Below are positions 1-9,200 of a stretch of 64,000 nt of DNA, piece by piece. This DNA comes from the human T2T-CHM13v2.0 reference genome, Homo sapiens. Both the position numbers and the translations under genes were made by a program. Below the pieces are notes generated by a model, which ran no database searches, had not been told where the DNA came from, and saw only the letters and a list, made by a program, of their open reading frames with translations. The DNA lies in NCBI RefSeq assembly GCF_009914755.1, contig NC_060928.1; one strand, 5' to 3'. Position 1 is the stretch's first letter, and each line of letters opens with the position of its first letter.

Positions 1-168
1 CGTTGGAAACGGGAGTTTCTTCATAGAAACTCAAGACAGATGCATTCTCAGAAACATCTCTGTGATGTTTGCATTCCACTCATAGAGTTGAAAACTTCCT
101 TTCATAGAGCAGGTTTGAAACACTCTTTTTGTAATATTTGGAAGTGGACATTTGCAGCGCTTTGAGGC

Positions 169-185
169 CTATGGTGAAAAAGGAA
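169..185 (+). promoter_or_regulatory. pJalpha (A-type) box in m1; equivalents in m4, m6, m9, m11, m13, m16, m18 of every HOR
   Basis: CTATGGTGAAAAAGGAA sits at the position homologous to the CENP-B box. Variants in other A monomers: CTATGGTGAGAAAGGAA, CTATGGAGAGAAAGGAA, CTATGGTTAAAAGGAA, CTACGGGGAGAAAGGAA. Confidence 0.85.
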
Positions 186-339
186 ATATCTTCTCATAAA
201 AACCAGAAACAAGCATTCTCAGAAACTTCTTTTTGATGTGTGTACTCAAGTAACAGAGTTGAACCTTCCTTTTGACACAGCAGTTTTGAAACAATCTTTT
301 TGTAGAATCTGCAAGTGGATATTTGGATAGCTTTGAGGA

Positions 340-356
340 TTTCGTTGGAAACGGGA
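340..356 (+). promoter_or_regulatory. CENP-B box, intact (m2; recurs every 3,232 bp)
   Basis: TTTCGTTGGAAACGGGA matches NTTCGNNNNANNCGGGN. Confidence 0.95.
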
Positions 357-509
357 TATCTTCATATAAAATCTAGACAGAAGCATTCTCAGAAACTTCT
401 TTGTGCTGTATGTCCTCAATTAACAGAGTTGAACCATTGCTTGGATACAGCATTTTGGAAACATTCCTTGAGTAGAATCTGCAAGTTGATATTTAGATAG
501 ATTTGAAGA

Positions 510-526
510 TTTCGTTGGAAAAGGGA
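510..526 (+). promoter_or_regulatory. CENP-B box, degenerate (m3)
   Basis: TTTCGTTGGAAAAGGGA: core CGGG changed to AGGG. Confidence 0.9.
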
Positions 527-851
527 ATATCTCCATAGAAAATCTAGAGGGAAGCATTCTCAGAAACTGCTTTGTGATGTTTCCATTCAAGTCACAGAGT
601 TGAATATTCCCTTTTATAGAGCACGTTTGAAACACTCTTTCTGCACTATCTGGAAGTGGACATTTCGAGCGCTTTGAGGCCTATGGTGAAAAAGGAAATA
701 TCTTCCCATAAAAACTAGACAGAAGCATTCTCAGAAACTTGTTTGTGATGTGTGTATTCAACTAACAGAGTTGAACTTTTGTTTTTACAGAGCCGTTTTA
801 AAACACTCTTTTTGTGGAATCAGAAAGTGGATATTCGGATGGCTCTGAGGA

Positions 852-868
852 TTTCGTTGGAAGCGGGA
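852..868 (+). promoter_or_regulatory. CENP-B box, intact (m5)
   Basis: TTTCGTTGGAAGCGGGA: all 9 core positions kept; the change is at an N position. Confidence 0.92.
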
Positions 869-1189
869 TTACATATAAAATCTAGAGAGAAGCATTCTCA
901 GGAACTTCTTTGTGATGTTTGCATTGAAGTCACAGAATTGAACATTCACTTTGATAGAGCAGGTTTGAAACACTCATTCTGTAGTATCTGGAAGTGGACA
1001 TTTCAAGCGCTTTCAGGCCTATGGTGAGAAAGGAAATATCTTCGAATAAAAACTAGACAGAAGCATCCTCAGAAACTTATTTGTGATGTGTGTCCTCAAC
1101 TAACAGAGTTGAAACTTTGTTTTGATACAGCATTTTGGAAACACTCTTTTTGTAGAATCTGCAGGTGGATATTTGGATAGCTTAGAGGG

Positions 1190-1206
1190 ATTCGTTGGAA
1201 AGGGGA
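1190..1206 (+). promoter_or_regulatory. CENP-B box, degenerate (m7)
   Basis: ATTCGTTGGAAAGGGGA: core CGGG changed to GGGG. Confidence 0.9.
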
Positions 1207-1359
1207 TATCTTCATATAAAATCTAGACAGAAGCATTCTCAGAAACTTATTTGTGATGTGTGTCCTCAACTAACAGAGTTGAACCTTGGTTTTGATACAG
1301 CATTTTGGAAACACTCCTTTTGTAGAATCTGCAGGTGGATATGTGGATAGCTCTGAAGA

Positions 1360-1376
1360 TTTCGTTGGAAACGGGA
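1360..1376 (+). promoter_or_regulatory. CENP-B box, intact (m8)
   Basis: TTTCGTTGGAAACGGGA. Confidence 0.95.
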
Positions 1377-1700
1377 ATTTCTTCATATAAAATCAAACAG
1401 AAGCATTCTCAGAAACTTCTCAGTGATGTTTGCATTCAGCTCATGGAGTTGAACACTTCCTTTCATAGAGCCGGTTTGAAACACTCTTTCTGCACTACCT
1501 GGAAGAGGACATTTCGAGCGCTTTGAGTCCTATGGTGAAAAAGGAAATATCTTCTCATAAAAACCAGAAAGAAGCATTCTCAGAAACTTCTTTGTGTTGT
1601 GTGTACTCATGTAACAGTGTTGAACCATCCTTTTGACAGAGCAGTTTTGAAACACTCTTTTTGTAGAATCTGCAAGTGGATATTTGGATAGCTTTGAGGA

Positions 1701-1717
1701 TTTCGTTGGAAACGGGA
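1701..1717 (+). promoter_or_regulatory. CENP-B box, intact (m10)
   Basis: TTTCGTTGGAAACGGGA. Confidence 0.95.
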
Positions 1718-2038
1718 TGACATATAATATCTAGAGAGAAGCATTCTCAGGAACTTCTTTGTGATGTTTGCATTCAAGTCACAGAATTGAACATTCCCTT
1801 TCATAGAGCAGGTTTGAAACACTCTTTCTCTAGTATCTGGAAGTGGGCATTTCAAGCGCTTTCAGGCCTATGGAGAGAAAGGAAATACCTTCAAATAAAA
1901 ACTAGACAGAAGCATTCTCAGAAACTTATTTGTGATGTGTGTCCTCAACTAACAGAGTTGAACCTTTGTTTTGATACAGCATTTTGGAAACACTCCTTTT
2001 GTAGAATCTGCAGGTGGATATTTGGATAACTTTGAAGA

Positions 2039-2055
2039 TTTCGTTGGAAACCGGA
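2039..2055 (+). promoter_or_regulatory. CENP-B box, degenerate (m12)
   Basis: TTTCGTTGGAAACCGGA: core CGGG changed to CCGG. Confidence 0.9.
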
Positions 2056-2381
2056 ATATCTTCATATAAAATCAAGACAGAAGCATTCTCGGAAACATCT
2101 CTGTGATGTTTGCATTCAACTCAGTAGAGTTGAACACTTCCTTTCATAGAGCCGGTTTGAAACACTCTTTCTGCACTACCTGGAAGCGGACATTTCGAGC
2201 GCTTTGAGGCCTATGGTGAAAAAGGAAATATCTTCTCATAAAAACCAGAAAGAAGCATTCTCAGAAACTTCTTTGTGTTGTGTGTACTCAAGTAACAGTG
2301 TTGAACCTTCCTTTTGACACAGCAGTTTTGAAACACTCTTTTGGTAGAATCTGCAAGTGGATATTTGGATAGCTTTGAGGA

Positions 2382-2398
2382 TTTCGTTGGAAACGGGT
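2382..2398 (+). promoter_or_regulatory. CENP-B box, intact (m14)
   Basis: TTTCGTTGGAAACGGGT. Confidence 0.93.
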
Positions 2399-2551
2399 TA
2401 TCTTCATATAAAATCCAGACAGGAGCATTCTCAGAAACTTCTTTGTGCTGCATGTCCTCAATTCACAGAGCTGAACCTTTGTTTGGATACAGCATTTTGG
2501 AAACATTCCTTTAGTAGAATCTGCAAGTTGATATTTAGATAGCTTTGAAGA

Positions 2552-2568
2552 TTTCGTTGGAAACGGGA
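2552..2568 (+). promoter_or_regulatory. CENP-B box, intact (m15)
   Basis: TTTCGTTGGAAACGGGA. Confidence 0.95.
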
Positions 2569-2708
2569 ATATCTTCATAGAAAATCTAGACGGAAGCATT
2601 CTCAGAAACTGCTTTGTGATGTTTGCATTCAAGTCACAGAGTTGAATATTCCCTTTTATAGAGTAGGTTTGAAACACTCTTTCGGCACTACCTGGAAGTG
2701 GATATTTC

Positions 2709-2714
2709 GAGCTC
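2709..2714. other. SacI site (GAGCTC), apparently one per HOR
   Basis: TTTCGAGCTCTTTG in m16, where other A monomers read GAGCGC, CAGCGC or AAGCGC. Predicts a 3,232-bp SacI fragment. Confidence 0.85.
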
Positions 2715-2891
2715 TTTGAGGCCTATGGTTAAAAGGAAATATCTTCCCATAAAAACTAGACAGAAGCCGTCTCAGAAACTTGTTTGTGATGTGTGTATTC
2801 AACTACCAGAGTTGAACATTTCTGTTACAGAGCAATTTTAAAACACTCTTTTTGTGGAATCTGAAAGTGGATAATTGGATAGCTTTGTGGA

Positions 2892-2908
2892 TTTCGTTGG
2901 AAACGGGA
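2892..2908 (+). promoter_or_regulatory. CENP-B box, intact (m17)
   Basis: TTTCGTTGGAAACGGGA. Confidence 0.95.
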
Positions 2909-3229
2909 TGACGTATAAAATCTAGAGAGAAGCATTCTCAGGAACTTCTTTCTGATGTTTGCATTCAAGTCACAGAATTGAACATTCCTTTTCATAGTGC
3001 AGGTTTGAAACACTCTTTCTGTAGTATCTGGAAGTGGACATTTCAAGCGCTTTCAGGCCTACGGGGAGAAAGGAAATATCTTCAAATAAAAACTAGACAG
3101 AAGGATTCTCAGAAACTTATTTGTGATGTGTGTCCTAAACGAACACAGTTGAACCTTTGTTTTGATACAGCATTTTGGAAACACTCCTTTTGTAGGATCT
3201 GCAGGTGGATATTTGGATAGATTTTAAGA

Positions 3230-3246
3230 TTTCGTTGGAAACGGGA
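3230..3246 (+). promoter_or_regulatory. CENP-B box, intact (m19)
   Basis: TTTCGTTGGAAACGGGA; the same box is truncated at window positions 1-14. Confidence 0.95.
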
Positions 3247-6200
3247 GTTTCTTCATAGAAACTCAAGACAGATGCATTCTCAGAAACATCTCTGTGATGT
3301 TTGCATTCCACTCATAGAGTTGAAAACTTCCTTTCATAGAGCAGGTTTGAAACACTCTTTTTGTAATATTTGGAAGTGGACATTTGCAGCGCTTTGAGGC
3401 CTATGGTGAAAAAGGAAATATCTTCTCATAAAAACCAGAAACAAGCATTCTCAGAAACTTCTTTTTGATGTGTGTACTCAAGTAACAGAGTTGAACCTTC
3501 CTTTTGACACAGCAGTTTTGAAACAATCTTTTTGTAGAATCTGCAAGTGGATATTTGGATAGCTTTGAGGATTTCGTTGGAAACGGGATATCTTCATATA
3601 AAATCTAGACAGAAGCATTCTCAGAAACTTCTTTGTGCTGTATGTCCTCAATTAACAGAGTTGAACCATTGCTTGGATACAGCATTTTGGAAACATTCCT
3701 TGAGTAGAATCTGCAAGTTGATATTTAGATAGATTTGAAGATTTCGTTGGAAAAGGGAATATCTCCATAGAAAATCTAGAGGGAAGCATTCTCAGAAACT
3801 GCTTTGTGATGTTTCCATTCAAGTCACAGAGTTGAATATTCCCTTTTATAGAGCACGTTTGAAACACTCTTTCTGCACTATCTGGAAGTGGACATTTCGA
3901 GCGCTTTGAGGCCTATGGTGAAAAAGGAAATATCTTCCCATAAAAACTAGACAGAAGCATTCTCAGAAACTTGTTTGTGATGTGTGTATTCAACTAACAG
4001 AGTTGAACTTTTGTTTTTACAGAGCCGTTTTAAAACACTCTTTTTGTGGAATCAGAAAGTGGATATTCGGATGGCTCTGAGGATTTCGTTGGAAGCGGGA
4101 TTACATATAAAATCTAGAGAGAAGCATTCTCAGGAACTTCTTTGTGATGTTTGCATTGAAGTCACAGAATTGAACATTCACTTTGATAGAGCAGGTTTGA
4201 AACACTCATTCTGTAGTATCTGGAAGTGGACATTTCAAGCGCTTTCAGGCCTATGGTGAGAAAGGAAATATCTTCGAATAAAAACTAGACAGAAGCATCC
4301 TCAGAAACTTATTTGTGATGTGTGTCCTCAACTAACAGAGTTGAAACTTTGTTTTGATACAGCATTTTGGAAACACTCTTTTTGTAGAATCTGCAGGTGG
4401 ATATTTGGATAGCTTAGAGGGATTCGTTGGAAAGGGGATATCTTCATATAAAATCTAGACAGAAGCATTCTCAGAAACTTATTTGTGATGTGTGTCCTCA
4501 ACTAACAGAGTTGAACCTTGGTTTTGATACAGCATTTTGGAAACACTCCTTTTGTAGAATCTGCAGGTGGATATGTGGATAGCTCTGAAGATTTCGTTGG
4601 AAACGGGAATTTCTTCATATAAAATCAAACAGAAGCATTCTCAGAAACTTCTCAGTGATGTTTGCATTCAGCTCATGGAGTTGAACACTTCCTTTCATAG
4701 AGCCGGTTTGAAACACTCTTTCTGCACTACCTGGAAGAGGACATTTCGAGCGCTTTGAGTCCTATGGTGAAAAAGGAAATATCTTCTCATAAAAACCAGA
4801 AAGAAGCATTCTCAGAAACTTCTTTGTGTTGTGTGTACTCATGTAACAGTGTTGAACCATCCTTTTGACAGAGCAGTTTTGAAACACTCTTTTTGTAGAA
4901 TCTGCAAGTGGATATTTGGATAGCTTTGAGGATTTCGTTGGAAACGGGATGACATATAATATCTAGAGAGAAGCATACTCAGGAACTTCTTTGTGATGTT
5001 TGCATTCAAGTCACAGAATTGAACATTCCCTTTCATAGAGCAGGTTTGAAACACTCTTTCTCTAGTATCTGGAAGTGGGCATTTCAAGCGCTTTCAGGCC
5101 TATGGAGAGAAAGGAAATACCTTCAAATAAAAACTAGACAGAAGCATTCTCAGAAACTTATTTGTGATGTGTGTCCTCAACTAACAGAGTTGAACCTTTG
5201 TTTTGATACAGCATTTTGGAAACACTCCTTTTGTAGAATCTGCAGGTGGATATTTGGATAACTTTGAAGATTTCGTTGGAAACCGGAATATCTTCATATA
5301 AAATCAAGACAGAAGCATTCTCGGAAACATCTCTGTGATGTTTGCATTCAACTCAGTAGAGTTGAACACTTCCTTTCATAGAGCCGGTTTGAAACACTCT
5401 TTCTGCACTACCTGGAAGCGGACATTTCGAGCGCTTTGAGGCCTATGGTGAAAAAGGAAATATCTTCTCATAAAAACCAGAAAGAAGCATTCTCAGAAAC
5501 TTCTTTGTGTTGTGTGTACTCAAGTAACAGTGTTGAACCTTCCTTTTGACACAGCAGTTTTGAAACACTCTTTTGGTAGAATCTGCAAGTGGATATTTGG
5601 ATAGCTTTGAGGATTTCGTTGGAAACGGGTTATCTTCATATAAAATCCAGACAGGAGCATTCTCAGAAACTTCTTTGTGCTGCATGTCCTCAATTCACAG
5701 AGCTGAACCTTTGTTTGGATACAGCATTTTGGAAACATTCCTTTAGTAGAATCTGCAAGTTGATATTTAGATAGCTTTGAAGATTTCGTTGGAAACGGGA
5801 ATATCTTCATAGAAAATCTAGACGGAAGCATTCTCAGAAACTGCTTTGTGATGTTTGCATTCAAGTCACAGAGTTGAATATTCCCTTTTATAGAGTAGGT
5901 TTGAAACACTCTTTCGGCACTACCTGGAAGTGGATATTTCGAGCTCTTTGAGGCCTATGGTTAAAAGGAAATATCTTCCCATAAAAACTAGACAGAAGCC
6001 GTCTCAGAAACTTGTTTGTGATGTGTGTATTCAACTACCAGAGTTGAACATTTCTGTTACAGAGCAATTTTAAAACACTCTTTTTGTGGAATCTGAAAGT
6101 GGATAATTGGATAGCTTTGTGGATTTCGTTGGAAACGGGATGACGTATAAAATCTAGAGAGAAGCATTCTCAGGAACTTCTTTCTGATGTTTGCATTCAA

Positions 6201-9200
6201 GTCACAGAATTGAACATTCCTTTTCATAGTGCAGGTTTGAAACACTCTTTCTGTAGTATCTGGAAGTGGACATTTCAAGCGCTTTCAGGCCTACGGGGAG
6301 AAAGGAAATATCTTCAAATAAAAACTAGACAGAAGGATTCTCAGAAACTTATTTGTGATGTGTGTCCTAAACGAACACAGTTGAACCTTTGTTTTGATAC
6401 AGCATTTTGGAAACACTCCTTTTGTAGGATCTGCAGGTGGATATTTGGATAGATTTTAAGATTTCGTTGGAAACGGGAGTTTCTTCATAGAAACTCAAGA
6501 CAGATGCATTCTCAGAAACATCTCTGTGATGTTTGCATTCCACTCATAGAGTTGAAAACTTCCTTTCATAGAGCAGGTTTGAAACACTCTTTTTGTAATA
6601 TTTGGAAGTGGACATTTGCAGCGCTTTGAGGCCTATGGTGAAAAAGGAAATATCTTCTCATAAAAACCAGAAACAAGCATTCTCAGAAACTTCTTTTTGA
6701 TGTGTGTACTCAAGTAACAGAGTTGAACCTTCCTTTTGACACAGCAGTTTTGAAACAATCTTTTTGTAGAATCTGCAAGTGGATATTTGGATAGCTTTGA
6801 GGATTTCGTTGGAAACGGGATATCTTCATATAAAATCTAGACAGAAGCATTCTCAGAAACTTCTTTGTGCTGTATGTCCTCAATTAACAGAGTTGAACCA
6901 TTGCTTGGATACAGCATTTTGGAAACATTCCTTGAGTAGAATCTGCAAGTTGATATTTAGATAGATTTGAAGATTTCGTTGGAAAAGGGAATATCTCCAT
7001 AGAAAATCTAGAGGGAAGCATTCTCAGAAACTGCTTTGTGATGTTTCCATTCAAGTCACAGAGTTGAATATTCCCTTTTATAGAGCACGTTTGAAACACT
7101 CTTTCTGCACTATCTGGAAGTGGACATTTCGAGCGCTTTGAGGCCTATGGTGAAAAAGGAAATATCTTCCCATAAAAACTAGACAGAAGCATTCTCAGAA
7201 ACTTGTTTGTGATGTGTGTATTCAACTAACAGAGTTGAACTTTTGTTTTTACAGAGCCGTTTTAAAACACTCTTTTTGTGGAATCAGAAAGTGGATATTC
7301 GGATGGCTCTGAGGATTTCGTTGGAAGCGGGATTACATATAAAATCTAGAGAGAAGCATTCTCAGGAACTTCTTTGTGATGTTTGCATTGAAGTCACAGA
7401 ATTGAACATTCACTTTGATAGAGCAGGTTTGAAACACTCATTCTGTAGTATCTGGAAGTGGACATTTCAAGCGCTTTCAGGCCTATGGTGAGAAAGGAAA
7501 TATCTTCGAATAAAAACTAGACAGAAGCATCCTCAGAAACTTATTTGTGATGTGTGTCCTCAACTAACAGAGTTGAAACTTTGTTTTGATACAGCATTTT
7601 GGAAACACTCTTTTTGTAGAATCTGCAGGTGGATATTTGGATAGCTTAGAGGGATTCGTTGGAAAGGGGATATCTTCATATAAAATCTAGACAGAAGCAT
7701 TCTCAGAAACTTATTTGTGATGTGTGTCCTCAACTAACAGAGTTGAACCTTGGTTTTGATACAGCATTTTGGAAACACTCCTTTTGTAGAATCTGCAGGT
7801 GGATATGTGGATAGCTCTGAAGATTTCGTTGGAAACGGGAATTTCTTCATATAAAATCAAACAGAAGCATTCTCAGAAACTTCTCAGTGATGTTTGCATT
7901 CAGCTCATGGAGTTGAACACTTCCTTTCATAGAGCCGGTTTGAAACACTCTTTCTGCACTACCTGGAAGAGGACATTTCGAGCGCTTTGAGTCCTATGGT
8001 GAAAAAGGAAATATCTTCTCATAAAAACCAGAAAGAAGCATTCTCAGAAACTTCTTTGTGTTGTGTGTACTCATGTAACAGTGTTGAACCATCCTTTTGA
8101 CAGAGCAGTTTTGAAACACTCTTTTTGTAGAATCTGCAAGTGGATATTTGGATAGCTTTGAGGATTTCGTTGGAAACGGGATGACATATAATATCTAGAG
8201 AGAAGCATTCTCAGGAACTTCTTTGTGATGTTTGCATTCAAGTCACAGAATTGAACATTCCCTTTCATAGAGCAGGTTTGAAACACTCTTTCTCTAGTAT
8301 CTGGAAGTGGGCATTTCAAGCGCTTTCAGGCCTATGGAGAGAAAGGAAATACCTTCAAATAAAAACTAGACAGAAGCATTCTCAGAAACTTATTTGTGAT
8401 GTGTGTCCTCAACTAACAGAGTTGAACCTTTGTTTTGATACAGCATTTTGGAAACACTCCTTTTGTAGAATCTGCAGGTGGATATTTGGATAACTTTGAA
8501 GATTTCGTTGGAAACCGGAATATCTTCATATAAAATCAAGACAGAAGCATTCTCGGAAACATCTCTGTGATGTTTGCATTCAACTCAGTAGAGTTGAACA
8601 CTTCCTTTCATAGAGCCGGTTTGAAACACTCTTTCTGCACTACCTGGAAGCGGACATTTCGAGCGCTTTGAGGCCTATGGTGAAAAAGGAAATATCTTCT
8701 CATAAAAACCAGAAAGAAGCATTCTCAGAAACTTCTTTGTGTTGTGTGTACTCAAGTAACAGTGTTGAACCTTCCTTTTGACACAGCAGTTTTGAAACAC
8801 TCTTTTGGTAGAATCTGCAAGTGGATATTTGGATAGCTTTGAGGATTTCGTTGGAAACGGGTTATCTTCATATAAAATCCAGACAGGAGCATTCTCAGAA
8901 ACTTCTTTGTGCTGCATGTCCTCAATTCACAGAGCTGAACCTTTGTTTGGATACAGCATTTTGGAAACATTCCTTTAGTAGAATCTGCAAGTTGATATTT
9001 AGATAGCTTTGAAGATTTCGTTGGAAACGGGAATATCTTCATAGAAAATCTAGACGGAAGCATTCTCAGAAACTGCTTTGTGATGTTTGCATTCAAGTCA
9101 CAGAGTTGAATATTCCCTTTTATAGAGTAGGTTTGAAACACTCTTTCGGCACTACCTGGAAGTGGATATTTCGAGCTCTTTGAGGCCTATGGTTAAAAGG

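Larger units (their letters stand above)
43..3274 (+). repeat. Reference HOR unit: 19 monomers m1-m19
   Basis: Monomer starts (CATTCTC-equivalent) at 43, 214, 384, 555, 726, 893, 1064, 1234, 1404, 1575, 1742, 1913, 2084, 2256, 2426, 2597, 2767, 2933, 3104; the next m1 is at 3275 (43+3232). Box types: A B b A B A b B A B A b A B B A B A B (A = pJalpha-type, B = intact CENP-B box, b = broken CENP-B box). Confidence 0.95.

Noticed and set aside
108-130. Short dyad-like motif GGTTTGAAAC / GTTTTGAAAC and A/T tracts in each monomer
   Set aside because: Generic, well-known alpha-satellite features with very short stems; nothing specific to this window and no basis for calling terminators.
363-372. 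TATA-like CATATAAAAT downstream of CENP-B boxes
   Set aside because: Part of the standard B-monomer sequence; promoter activity cannot be inferred from sequence alone.
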